Shown here: in pieces, positions 12,954 through 25,959 of the stretch
How positions within the stretch are numbered: the first letter of the stretch is position 1
Layout: each line of letters opens with the position of its first letter
The notes under the pieces: generated by a model
The model's input: only the letters and a program-made list of their open reading frames with translations
The model's database searches: none
What the model was told of the DNA's origin: nothing
Translations under genes and position numbers: made by a program
Source: Octopus bimaculoides
Taxonomy: Eukaryota
Direction of reading: 5' to 3'
Length of the DNA: 64,000 bases
NCBI RefSeq assembly: GCF_001194135.2
Contig: NC_068995.1
Location: 4,193,804-4,257,803 of the forward strand

Positions 12954-14201
12954 TGATTTTATATTGTTTAGCAATAAAATTCGAAGAGGAATACTATATT
13001 TTGTCGCCTTAAATGCAACGAGAGATGAGATTTCCTGTTTTATTAAATTTAATGGGACATGGAATGCTGCATCCTATTAAAATTAATGAAATACTGAGAT
13101 TTTGCACTTCCTTGATTCTAATGAGTATGAGAACTTTTGATAGTTAAATTGATGAGAATTCTTGATGGTTAAATTGAATAACATATGATATTATTATCTC
13201 TTAAATTCAAAATTTCAACATGTTTGTAATATGAATGATAAAGTCTTTATTTAAAGTAAATTTAAAATATTTCCACCCATTTAATTGAGTATCACTCGTG
13301 TCAAGTTTCAATTTATTTTAATTTTATGAACACCACTAAAGTTTGAACTCTGGATCAAGCGATATACATTCATAGATGTGCAATTCAACCTTAACTTTCA
13401 ACACTAAGTGTAGTTCTTAGGAACTGGTCCTTCCAAAAGGCACCTTAACATACGTCTGCCCACCTTACATGTCAATATCTTAAAATGAAAATCATTAAAC
13501 ATTCCTTCCTCAATCCCAATATTTATCACACCTTAGTGTCATTAAAGCAGTGACATGAGGCAGAATTTAAACACAGATCCCCAACAGGCATAACGAGACA
13601 CCGAAAATATCTTACAAGAAATAAACATAATTCAACCTTCAAAACACCAACTTGAATTGATTCATTTATTTACGCACCACAAAAGGGGAAAAGAAGGGTA
13701 CGATTAATTGTAACAGGATTTGAAACCAAAGTGGAGATATCCAGAACTAATCCCGCAAACGATTTTAACGAACTCGCTAACCACTCAACCAGGTAACCTA
13801 ATGTAGATCTACATGTACATTACAGAGCAAAAAACAAAGAAACAAACAAAAGAAATACAAAACCCGAGGAATTTGGCTGCAGATGGAAGCGACAAAAGTT
13901 GATTTTAAACTTCGCAAATTCAGATTATTTCAAAGTTATAATCAGATGTGACTTGCAACATTTCTAGAATTTCTAGAAAAAGTTTTGCAAGTTTCCGAGT
14001 ACCAATATTAATTGGTGCCAGAGTATACATTAAACAACAATGAAGTGACAGCCCCAATAATGTAGTTTCACTTTAGGGGTCATTACGCAAGTAAACCCTA
14101 CCATATACGACATTGTGGAAATTTACAAAGTTTGATAAAGAATACGTATAATACGTATTCTTTATCAAGCGGTTAACACACACAAGCACAAACACACACA
14201 T

Positions 14202-14263
<62 letters not shown>

Positions 14264-15463
14264 NNNNNNNNNNNNNNNNNNNNNNNNNNNNNNNNNNNNN
14301 NNNNNNNNNNNNNNNNNNNNNNNNNNNNNNNNNNNNNNNNNNNNNNNNNNNNNNNNNNNNNNNNNNNNNNNNNNNNNNNNNNNNNNNNNNNNNNNNNNNN
14401 NNNNNNNNNNNNNNNNNNNNNNNNNNNNNNNNNNNNNNNNNNNNNNNNNNNNNNNNNNNNNNNNNNNNNNNNNNNNNNNNNNNNNNNNNNNNNNNNNNNN
14501 NNNNNNNNNNNNNNNNNNNNNNNNNNNNNNNNNNNNNNNNNNNNNNNNNNNNNNNNNNNNNNNNNNNNNNNNNNNNNNNNNNNNNNNNNNNNNNNNNNNN
14601 NNNNNNNNNNNNNNNNNNNNNNNNNNNNNNNNNNNNNNNNNNNNNNNNNNNNNNNNNNNNNNNNNNNNNNNNNNNNNNNNNNNNNNNNNNNNNNNNNNNN
14701 NNNNNNNNNNNNNNNNNNNNNNNNNNNNNNNNNNNNNNNNNNNNNNNNNNNNNNNNNNNNNNNNNNNNNNNNNNNNNNNNNNNNNNNNNNNNNNNNNNNN
14801 NNNNNNNNNNNNNNNNNNNNNNNNNNNNNNNNNNNNNNNNNNNNNNNNNNNNNNNNNNNNNNNNNNNNNNNNNNNNNNNNNNNNNNNNNNNNNNNNNNNN
14901 NNNNNNNNNNNNNNNNNNNNNNNNNNNNNNNNNNNNNNNNNNNNNNNNNNNNNNNNNNNNNNNNNNNNNNNNNNNNNNNNNNNNNNNNNNNNNNNNNNNN
15001 NNNNNNNNNNNNNNNNNNNNNNNNNNNNNNNNNNNNNNNNNNNNNNNNNNNNNNNNNNNNNNNNNNNNNNNNNNNNNNNNNNNNNNNNNNNNNNNNNNNN
15101 NNNNNNNNNNNNNNNNNNNNNNNNNNNNNNNNNNNNNNNNNNNNNNNNNNNNNNNNNNNNNNNNNNNNNNNNNNNNNNNNNNNNNNNNNNNNNNNNNNNN
15201 NNNNNNNNNNNNNNNNNNNNNNNNNNNNNNNNNNNNNNNNNNNNNNNNNNNNNATATATATATATATATATATATATAATATTCATGTATATACATTCTG
15301 AATATATATATATATATATTGTATAAAGATCAATTGTATTGTAAAAATGTATAATACAGATGCATGTTTTACATGTGTAATGGATTTTTAGGGAGCTTAT
15401 TATGTGTAGAGATATACTTATCAATATATGCATATCTGGATATGTGTATATATGCACACATGT

Positions 15464-15494
<31 letters not shown>

Positions 15495-15912
15495 TATATA
15501 GATATTAATATATTCATATGTGTGTACTGTACATCTATCAATAAAAGTCCCTGTAATCGTGTCCTCCTGTGTGCATACTTGTGCGTGTGTGTGTGTGTGT
15601 GCGTGCGTGTAATCGATATGCATGTTAGACAGCTATCATGCATTAATGACAAAAGATCCTGTCTAACATAAATCAATAACAGGAATCAATCGACGAAACA
15701 GTTCCAGAGACATCAACTCACCGACTAAACAGCTTTTCTACACACGGATATAGATAATGATCACAAAAAAAAATGTTATACACACACGCACACACACACA
15801 CACAGGCACGCACATACACACAGGAACTCATTTACACATTTTTATATATATTCATGTGTTTGTGTCTATGTGTGTCTGTGTGTGTTTATATATAAATATG
15901 TGTGTGTGTGCG

Positions 15913-15944
<32 letters not shown>

Positions 15945-16067
15945 CAAGGTGTCCACAAAGACTGGGTAGATGGAGTAAGTAAAATCATAACATAAACAAT
16001 TAAATATAAGAAATAATTTCTTAAAGCATGTGTTAATCCCGTGTACTCAGACTTTGTGGACAACCTG
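15945..16067. mobile_element. Tc1/mariner-type MITE (123 bp) inserted in (TA)n
   Basis: The left end TA|CAAGGTGTCCACAAAGACTGGGTA matches the reverse complement of the right end TA|CAGGTTGTCCACAAAGTCTGAGTA. TA flanks both sides. Confidence 0.85.
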
Positions 16068-17253
16068 TATATATATATATNNNNNNNNNNNNNNNNNNNN
16101 NNNNNNNNNNNNNNNNNNNNNNNNNNNNNNNNNNNNNNNNNNNNNNNNNNNNNNNNNNNNNNNNNNNNNNNNNNNNNNNNNNNNNNNNNNNNNNNNNNNN
16201 NNNNNNNNNNNNNNNNNNNNNNNNNNNNNNNNNNNNNNNNNNNNNNNNNNNNNNNNNNNNNNNNNNNNNNNNNNNNNNNNNNNNNNNNNNNNNNNNNNNN
16301 NNNNNNNNNNNNNNNNNNNNNNNNNNNNNNNNNNNNNNNNNNNNNNNNNNNNNNNNNNNNNNNNNNNNNNNNNNNNNNNNNNNNNNNNNNNNNNNNNNNN
16401 NNNNNNNNNNNNNNNNNNNNNNNNNNNNNNNNNNNNNNNNNNNNNNNNNNNNNNNNNNNNNNNNNNNNNNNNNNNNNNNNNNNNNNNNNNNNNNNNNNNN
16501 NNNNNNNNNNNNNNNNNNNNNNNNNNNNNNNNNNNNNNNNNNNNNNNNNNNNNNNNNNNNNNNNNNNNNNNNNNNNNNNNNNNNNNNNNNNNNNNNNNNN
16601 NNNNNNNNNNNNNNNNNNNNNNNNNNNNNNNNNNNNNNNNNNNNNNNNNNNNNNNNNNNNNNNNNNNNNNNNNNNNNNNNNNNNNNNNNNNNNNNNNNNN
16701 NNNNNNNNNNNNNNNNNNNNNNNNNNNNNNNNNNNNNNNNNNNNNNNNNNNNNNNNNNNNNNNNNNNNNNNNNNNNNNNNNNNNNNNNNNNNNNNNNNNN
16801 NNNNNNNNNNNNNNNNNNNNNNNNNNNNNNNNNNNNNNNNNNNNNNNNNNNNNNNNNNNNNNNNNNNNTATATATATATATATATATATTCTACAGGAGT
16901 AAAAAGAAGTATTAAATAATTTTTTAGTTCAATGTGAAATTGTTTTATTGTTCTTGCTGAGAAACCCAAAGATTTGATACACACACAGACTTATTAATGA
17001 ACTTAAGCACGTGTGTATATGTGTGTCCGTGAGAATATGTGCGTTTAAGTTTGTGTGTGTCTGTGTGTGCGTGCGTGCGTGTATGTATATATGTGTGAAT
17101 GAACGTATATGTATAAATACATGTGTAGAAAACTGAAAATAGACAAACAGACAGATAGACACACATGCATCCATATATTTGTGAATATGTGTGTGTGTGT
17201 ATACATACGTACATACATACATACATATATATATATATGTGCGTGTGTGTGTA

Positions 17254-17295
<42 letters not shown>

Positions 17296-18254
17296 CACAA
17301 AAAGAGAAAAGATGAAAAAACACAGATTTGTTTTACAGGATTAAGGAGTATATTAGATTCATAATGATAACTTTGTACAAAATGAGATATTGTTCTTTCA
17401 ACATAGTTAAGGTACGAACCGGTTTCGCATGTGCTTACAGTGATTAAAATTTTAGTGACCCTTTGATAGGAAAAACTGCATTTGATATAAAAGAATAGCC
17501 AGAGATTGAACACAGAACGTATTTGTACACAAGTACATAACTGAGTCACATTTTCCGGTGGTTTGTTTAGCGCCAAACCGACTGCAAAACGTCACAAACG
17601 TGAGTTATTAACTAACTGTTCAAAAGTTAAACTAAATATATACATAAGTACATTTATCTATCTATCGATATACATATGTATGTATGTTCTTTTTAATATA
17701 TATTTTTGCATGTATATTCTTATAAATCTCCACCACGACGTTACAGTTGTTTAATAAAAAAAACAGGCTATATATTTGTACTGTATAGTAATAGAATAAA
17801 AATTATAACATAAAACAGCACGCATATAATGCAATATAACAACTATATAATGTGATGTAACTAGTATGCAATGTAATATAGCGTAATAGAACTAACACAT
17901 GAGATGTATTAAGCCAACATACCTGAACTGTGGCTCTTTGCAAAACTTTTCTTCTCAAGCGTTATCATGAAAAAGCTCAGGGAGGACTGTCTGATGAGGG
18001 CTAAAGATCTCTCCCTTCATATAGTAACTAGTAGTAGTAGTAATAATGGTGGTGATGGTGGTGGTGGTCGTGCACCATGAGAGCTATGCCTTTATTTTGT
18101 GGAGGAGTAGTAGTGATAGTAGAGGAACCAATGATGACGGTGGTGATGATGATGATGGTGGTGGTGGTGAAAGTAATTGTTTATATATCGCTTGTTTTAT
18201 GTGTGTGTGTGTGTGTGCGCGCGTGCGTTGATATTTCCCCCTTTTGTTTGTAAG

Positions 18255-18479
18255 TTTGGTCTTCACCACCTCTTCTTTCTCTCCTCCTCCTCCGCCTCCC
18301 CTCTTCCACTTCTTTTTTTTCTTCTTCGTCTCCGCCTCCTCCCGCTTCTCAATTGCTCACTCTTTCTTCGCCTCTATCTCTCCTCCCACCTTTCTACTCC
18401 TTCATTTCACCCCTCCTCCTTGCACTTTCTCCTAATTCTCCTCCCATCCTTCTTCCCACCCCTTCGAACATCTTACGCC

Positions 18480-18510
<31 letters not shown>

Positions 18511-18686
18511 CTTCTTCTTCTTCTTCTTCTTCTTCTTCTTCTTCTTCTTCTTCTTCCTCTCTTCCCCCCTCCCTCACCCTGCATACTCTTCTTTCTTCTT
18601 CTCTTCCACCCCGCCTTTTCTTTCTCACTCCGCAACTCTTTTTAACTTTCTCCAACTCTTTCTTTCTTTCACTTCCCCTCCATACA

Positions 18687-18767
<81 letters not shown>

Positions 18768-18770
18768 GAA

Positions 18771-18803
<33 letters not shown>

Positions 18804-18814
18804 ATCTATCTATA

Positions 18815-18847
<33 letters not shown>

Positions 18848-18848
18848 T

Positions 18849-18884
<36 letters not shown>

Positions 18885-19005
18885 CCAATTAATTTATCTC
18901 TGTATAACTTTCCAAGCCTCTCTTCCTCTCTCTGTACCACTCCCACTCCCTCCAAACTCTCTCAGTATAATACTTTCTATATATATTTCTCCCCCTCATT
19001 AAGCA

Positions 19006-19066
<61 letters not shown>

Positions 19067-19171
19067 GTATACATTTCACTCTCTCACCTCTAAATCTCTG
19101 CCTCACAGAAACGCGAACCCATTTCCTTACTCCTACTTCCTCTCTAGCCCTCTCCGTCTTCCGCTCTCCTA
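18255..19171. repeat. Pyrimidine-rich SSR mosaic: (CTT)n, (TCTA)n, (TCTG)n, (CT)n, (TA)n
   Basis: Directly visible; it accounts for the low-complexity ORFs listed here. Confidence 0.95.
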
Positions 19172-20139
19172 NNNNNNNNNNNNNNNNNNNNNNNNNNNNN
19201 NNNNNNNNNNNNNNNNNNNNNNNNNNNNNNNNNNNNNNNNNNNNNNNNNNNNNNNNNNNNNNNNNNNNNNNNNNNNNNNNNNNNNNNNNNNNNNNNNNNN
19301 NNNNNNNNNNNNNNNNNNNNNNNNNNNNNNNNNNNNNNNNNNNNNNNNNNNNNNNNNNNNNNNNNNNNNNNNNNNNNNNNNNNNNNNNNNNNNNNNNNNN
19401 NNNNNNNNNNNNNNNNNNNNNNNNNNNNNNNNNNNNNNNNNNNNNNNNNNNNNNNNNNNNNNNNNNNNNNNNNNNNNNNNNNNNNNNNNNNNNNNNNNNN
19501 NNNNNNNNNNNNNNNNNNNNNNNNNNNNNNNNNNNNNNNNNNNNNNNNNNNNNNNTATATATATGTATATATATGTGTGTATGTATGTATGTATGTATGC
19601 ATGTATCCCTCGCTCTCACACTTTTCACCCTGTTTTATTATCCCCTTTTTTGTCGTAATTGTTGATGCTGCTGTTATTGCGGCTTGTTGTTACTATCATT
19701 GCTGCTGCTGCTGACGTCGTTGTTTTCCATTGTTTAGTTTCACTTTCGTTTTCAATTTCTGTTTTGTCGCGAGCCACTCTATCAGTTTTCGCGTTGCTCT
19801 TCTTTAACATGTGGTCAGACACGAACACACATAACTACAATTAGCAAACATTCCATTCGTGGCCTTCTCGCATTTTTTTAGAGTTGTTTAGAAATACATT
19901 ACTCACTGTGCTTTGCATTTTATGTAAAGTGAGTAAAATATGAAATGAAATAGATTTTACTAGTATTTCTAGCACACATAAAAACCACCTAGAGGCTTTC
20001 GTATTACTTTTTCCTCTTGTTGTTGTGAATGTTGTTGTTATTGAGCTTTATTTTTGTTACTTTTGTTGTTGTCACATTCTCATTGTTTTCTGTTTGTTGT
20101 TGCTGTGTTCGTTGTTTTTCATATAACGTATTAAATGAA

Positions 20140-20142
20140 ATA

Positions 20143-20212
<70 letters not shown>

Positions 20213-20660
20213 TGTTGTTGTTGTTGTTGTTTTTTCTATGTTATTTCTACTAATTATTTTTAATTGCCGCTGTTGCACTAATAATAATAATTGTAGTTAT
20301 TGTTGCTGCTGTTGGTGTCGCTGTTGTCATCATCGTCGTTGTTGTTGTTCTTGTTGTTGTTTTCGTCCTTTAGTATTCTTGTAGTTTACCGAGAAATGCT
20401 TATTGTTATTTTTTTTGTTGCGGCGGCGGTGGCGGTGGCGGTTGCGGCGGCGGTAGTGATGATAGTGGTGGTGGTAGTGGTGGTGGGGGTTGTGTGGTNN
20501 NNNNNNNNNNNNNNNNNNNNNNNNNNNNNNNNNNNNNNNNNNNNNNNNNNNNNNNNNNNNNNNNNNNNNNNNNNNNNNNNNNNNNNNNNNNNNNNNNNNN
20601 NGGTGGTTCTGGTTGTGGTGGTGGTGGTGGTGGTGGTGGTTGTGTGGTGGTGGTGGTGGT
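20140..20660. repeat. (TAG)n, (TTG)n, (GCG)n and (GTG)n trinucleotide mosaic
   Basis: Directly visible. Confidence 0.93.
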
Positions 20661-21004
20661 GTTGAGAGTCGTGGGTGGTCGTTAAAATTGGGTGGAAATA
20701 AAGCAATTTAGGAAAATCTTGATTGGTATTATTGAGTGTTGATCAAAATGAAATATAAGTGGAACATTATAAGGATATGAAAGACATGAATGAATGAAAC
20801 GAAGGAAATTTAGAATGAATGAATGGACGAAGGAAGGAAGGTGAGGAGTAGAGTAGGAGGAGAGAAAATTGAAAGAGTAAGAAATAAAAAGCAAAGACTT
20901 GAGGTGAGAAAGGAAATTAATACGAAATGAAAGAAGGAAAGAAGAAGGTGGGTATGAAGGAAGGAAAGAAAGAAATGCAGTAAACGCTAACATGAAATAA
21001 GGAA

Positions 21005-21234
21005 GGGAGAGAGAGAAGGAAAGAATGATAGCGAGAGAGAAGGGAGAGTGGGGAAGAGAGAGAGACAGAGAGAAAGAGAGAGAGATAGAGATAGAGAGAG
21101 AGAGAGAGAGATAGAGAGAGAGAGGAATATTGAATATATTGAATGCAAGACACTGAAAGAGGAAAGTGTCAAGATAACGAATGAAGAAGAAGAAGAAGAA
21201 GAAGAAGAAGAAGAAGAAGAAGAAGAAGAAGAAG

Positions 21235-21267
<33 letters not shown>

Positions 21268-21345
21268 AAGAAGAAGAAGAAGAATAAAAAGAAGAAGAAG
21301 AATAATAAGAAGAAGAAGAAGATGAAGAAGAAGAAGAAGACGAAG
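21005..21345. repeat. (GA)n and long (GAA)n purine tract
   Basis: Directly visible. Confidence 0.95.
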
Positions 21346-21543
21346 CGACATTGGAATAGTGAAAGTAGAAAGAGTTGAGAATTAAGAGAAGAAAGTGAAG
21401 AGAGAAGAAAATGATGATGAATAAACGTATATCTATCTGTTTTTATGATTATGGGCCTATCTACCCCGCTCTCTCTCTCTCGCTCTCTCTCTCTCGCTCT
21501 CTCTCTCTCTCGCTCTCTCTCTCTCTCGCTCTCTCTCTCTCGC

Positions 21544-21576
<33 letters not shown>

Positions 21577-21630
21577 ACATACATATATATGTGTGTGTGT
21601 GTGTTTGGGTGTGTGCGTATATAAACATAT

Positions 21631-22026
21631 ATTCTTTTATTCTTTTACTTGTTTCAGTAGTTTGACTGTAGCCATTGTCGAACATATCAGCAAAAGTACT
21701 AATTGTTTTGAAGCTTGGTACTTAGTCTATCAGTCTACTTTTTTTTACGAGGACGTAAACACACCAACACCGATTTTCACGCAGTGTTGGTGATGGGGGG
21801 ACTAACACACACAAACATGCAGACGTAGATATATACGTATATACATAGATATATATGTATATACGACGGGCTTCTTTCAGTTTCCATTTACCAAGCCCAC
21901 TGTCAAGGCTTTGTTCAGCCCAAGGCTATATTAGAAGACATTTGCCAAAGGTGCGATGCAGTGGGACTGAACCCAGAACCATGTGTTTGGGAAGCAAGCT
22001 CCTTACCACACAGCCACGCCTCCGCC
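21631..22026 (-). mobile_element. SINE family A, full length
   Basis: On the minus strand the head GGCGTGGCTGTGTGGTAAGGAGCTTGCTTCCC...GGTTCAGTCCCACTG (A and B boxes) is followed by a CORE-like block, an internal TA/TG tract and a tail ending GAAACAAGTAAAAGAATAAAAGAAT. Confidence 0.92.
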
Positions 22027-22697
22027 TATATGTATGTATATATATATATATATATATNNNNNNNNNNNNNNNNNNNNNNNNNNNNNNNNNNNNNNNNNNN
22101 NNNNNNNNNNNNNNNNNNNNNNNNNNNNNNNNNNNNNNNNNNNNNNNNNNNNNNNNNNNNNNNNNNNNNNNNNNNNNNNNNNNNNNNNNNNNNNNNNNNN
22201 NNNNNNNNNNNNNNNNNNNNNNNNNNNNNNNNNNNNNNNNNNNNNNNNNNNNNNNNNNNNNNNNNNNNNNNNNNNNNNNNNNNNNNNNNNNNNNNNNNNN
22301 NNNNNNNNNNNNNNNNNNNGCATACAAAATAGTAGTAAATCACGAAGAAAGGAAAGAAAGAAAGAGTTGAAGAAAGAAAGAGTTGAAGAAAGAAAAGAAA
22401 GAGAAAGAAATTAATTAATGAAGAGTAAAAAAGAAGGAACGTGGCAGAAGGGAGAAATGAATTAAAAGAAATAACAGAAGAAGAAGGTAGTGATAGAAAG
22501 GAAGAAGAAAATAATAGAAGAATGAAAGGAAGATTGAACAAGAACGATAACAAAAAGAAAAAGTGAAACATTCCGGAAGGAAAAAAAAGTGAAGGAAAGA
22601 AAAGTAAAAAACAAGTAAAAAAAAATGGGGGGAAAGAGAAAATAAACCACAAAAAGAATTAAAAAAGAAGAAATGAAGGATAAATATAAAATTATAA

Positions 22698-22846
22698 GAG
22701 TGGCTATGTGGTAAGAAGTTTGCTTCCCAACCACATGGTTCCGGATCAGTGCGTGGCACCTGGGGCGAGTGTCGGTCTATTGTAGCCTGGGGCCGGCAAA
22801 AAGTCTTGTGAAGGGATTTGGTGGACGGAAACTGAAAGAAGCTCAT

Positions 22847-22885
<39 letters not shown>

Positions 22886-23093
22886 CGGCGCCCACCGATT
22901 GAAAACTGGTGTTAGTTTGTTTGCATCCCCGTAACATAGCGGTTCGGGAAAAGACATCGATAGAATAAGCTGCAAGTTGTAAACAAGAAAAATAAAACGT
23001 AATGTGATTGTTTCGTTCGACTAAAAACTCTTTTAGGCAGTGCCCCAGCATGGCCGCAGTCTAATGACTGAAACAAGAGAAAAAGAATAAAAG
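22698..23093 (+). mobile_element. SINE family A, full length
   Basis: It runs GAGTGGCTATGTGGTAAGAAGTTTGCTTCCCAACCACATGG ... (TG)n ... CCCCAGCATGGCCGCAGTCTAATGACTGAAACAAG. Confidence 0.92.
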
Positions 23094-23353
23094 TGAAGAA
23101 GAAAATGTTGAAGGAGAAAGGCGGAAAGGAAAGAAAGAATATGAAAGAAGAAAAGAGCGTGGAAGGAAGCAAAGAAGGGAGAGAAAGAAAGAGAGATATA
23201 AAGAAAAGCTAATAATTTGAATGAAAAAGTTCGAGAAAAAAATGAGTGAAAGAGTGAAAATAGAAAGTGTAAGAGAGCATGAGAAAGAATGAGAGAGCAG
23301 GGAGATGATGAGAGAGAGAGAGAGAGGGTATGTATAAAGGAGTGTGTATGTGG

Positions 23354-23395
<42 letters not shown>

Positions 23396-23835
23396 ATGCG
23401 CCGGCGCGAACTGAAGAATGAATACAAAACGCTGGAAGAGAACAGAAAATAAGTGTGATGTTAGCAAATGNNNNNNNNNNNNNNNNNNNNNNNNNNNNNN
23501 NNNNNNNNNNNNNNNNNNNNNNNNNNNNNNNNNNNNNNNNNNNNAGGAGGAGGAGGAGGAGGAGGAAGAGGAAAAGGAGGGGGAGGAAAAGGAGGGGGAG
23601 GAAAAGGAGGGGAGAATGAAGGTAGACAGGTTGAGAGAGAAAGAGAGAGAGAGAGAGATTTCAAAGTGTGTGGGAAGGATTGAATAAAAAAAAGTGTTAA
23701 GTTAGAAAGATGCTCACGGAAGGAACACACACACACACACATTTATATTCATGCATAGACACACCGACGGATAGACAGACAGATAAATATACCTGCAGAC
23801 AGACAAACAAACTGAGAGGCAGATAGACAGATAGG

Positions 23836-23882
<47 letters not shown>

Positions 23883-24269
23883 GTAGTTCAGGGGAAAATT
23901 AATTTTCACAAGCTGAGAGAGAAAGTGAGAGACAGGAGAGAGAGAGGCGGAGACAGAGATGGAGAAAGAAATAACAATAAAAGTTAAAAGGAAGACGATG
24001 CAAAGGAGAAGTCGTTGGCGTGGAAAGGAAAAAGGATTGTGAGAGGGAAATGAGTAAAAACTATACAAAAATGAAGAAAGGCAGGTTGGCAGGAGCAACA
24101 GGATGGTAGAAAAGCTAGATAAATGTGAAGAGATGAAGAAACGAAGAGGATGATGGGAAACGATCGTCTGCTAACTGATTGTAAGTGTTAGAGTGAGGTG
24201 GTAGAAGGATGCAACTGACGTGTAAAAGAGTAGGAGGTGGTCAAGAATTATGATAGGAATGTGTCCTGT

Positions 24270-24355
24270 GTGTGAGAGAGAGTGTGTGTGTGTGTGGAAG
24301 CTTGTGTTGTGCGTGTGTTGATGTATTTGGACTGCGTGTGTGTGGCTATATATTA

Positions 24356-24450
<95 letters not shown>

Positions 24451-25225
24451 GATGAGATTATGTATGTTATGTGTTGGTGTATGTGTTGTGTATATGTGCG
24501 TATGTGTTTTTGTCTGTATGCATGTTCGTGTGAGAGTTTGCGTATGTGTGTGTCTGCATGTGAGGTTGTATGCATGTGTGTGTATATAATTTTGTGCTTG
24601 TTCGTATGCGAGTTTCTGTACTTGCATGTGTGTGTGTGTGTGTGTGTGTATTTGTGTATGTGTTTGTTTGTTAGTGAGTATGTATTTGAGTGTATATGTA
24701 AGTTTATGTTTATGAGTGAGTTTGTTTGTGGATCTGTGTCAGTTTGTGTATGCGTATATTTAATATATATATGTGTGTGTATATGTGTGTGCGAGTTTGC
24801 GAGTTTGTGTAGTGTGTAAGTATAAGCGGATGAATAAGTGTGTGTCTGATAAAGTGGTTTTGTGTGTCTTCATTACTTTAATGGAGTGTGTGCGTGTGTT
24901 TGTGTGCGTGTTTGTGTGCGTGTTTGTGCGTGTCTGTGGTTGAATTTGTAGGACTTTTTACTGGAGGTGAATTCATGTATAAAGGCCTGTGCGTGCATGT
25001 GTGCGTGCATGTGAGTGTGTATGAGCGTGCGTGTGCGTGTGCGTGTGTGTATGTGTGAGTTTGTATATGTGTGTGTTTGTGTGTTTGTTTTAATGCCAGA
25101 TTGCGTATGTAAGTTGGTTTTCTCAGTTTGTGGTGTCTGTTCGTGTATGTGCATATATGTGGGTGCGCGCGCGCGTGTGCATCGGTGTGGGTGCGTGTGT
25201 TTGTATATGTGTGTTTGCGTGTGCA
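24270..25225. repeat. Long degenerate (TG)-rich tract with a perfect core at ~24355-24447
   Basis: Directly visible. Confidence 0.92.
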
Positions 25226-25401
25226 ATGAGAACAGTGCAGGAGAATGAGAAAAATGAGAAAATGTAGATGGCGGAAAAAAACAAAGAGGAAAAGTGGGGA
25301 AAGAGACATAGAGAGAGTTCATGAGTGAGTAAGATAAGGGGGGGGGTTAGCTAAGGGGAGGTGTAATATAGAACAGTATAATGGAGGGAAAGCGAAGGAG
25401 A

Positions 25402-25452
<51 letters not shown>

Positions 25453-25959
25453 TGTGTGAGAGAGGAATGAGAAATTTTGAGAGATAAAGAGGGGGTGAAA
25501 GTGAGAGAGAGTAAGAGTAAAAGTGGAGGGAGGGCAATTGAAAGACGTAAGGTTAAAGAGAGGGAGAGGGGGAGAGGAAGTGGAAGTATTNNNNNNNNNN
25601 NNNNNNNNNNNNNNNNNNNNNNNNNNNNNNNNNNNNNNNNNNNNNNNNNNNNNNNNNNNNNNTGTGTGTGTGTGTGTGTGTGTTCTTGCGTGAGTGTTTG
25701 CGTGTGTGTATACAGGTGCGTGTGCATGTCTATTTGCGTCTCTAAATGCAATTGTGTGTGTGTGTGTGTGGGGGGGGGTTTATGTGTGTATGTGTGTGTC
25801 TTTGTGTGTGGGTGTGAGTGTGTGTATGTGTGTGTATGTGGGTGTGTGTGTGGTTCATTGGTTCGATGTAGAAGAAGTAGTATAGTTGGTCCCATGGTCT
25901 TCGCGATTATCCGACGTTAATGAGATTGAACCCGAGAATATTCCGCATCAGCTGTTTCA

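Noticed and set aside
13958-13985. Heat-shock element TTCTAGAATTTCTAGAA
   Set aside because: The spacing between GAA and the next TTC is 1 nt rather than 2. It is a 9-bp direct duplication with no adjacent promoter evidence.
18177-19658. 493-aa ORF and overlapping poly-S/F/R/E ORFs
   Set aside because: These are translations of the pyrimidine SSR mosaic plus a gap, with no domain-like sequence or credible splice context.
20682-21584. 300-aa minus-strand ORF and poly-E plus-strand ORF
   Set aside because: They derive from (GA)n and (GAA)n repeats.
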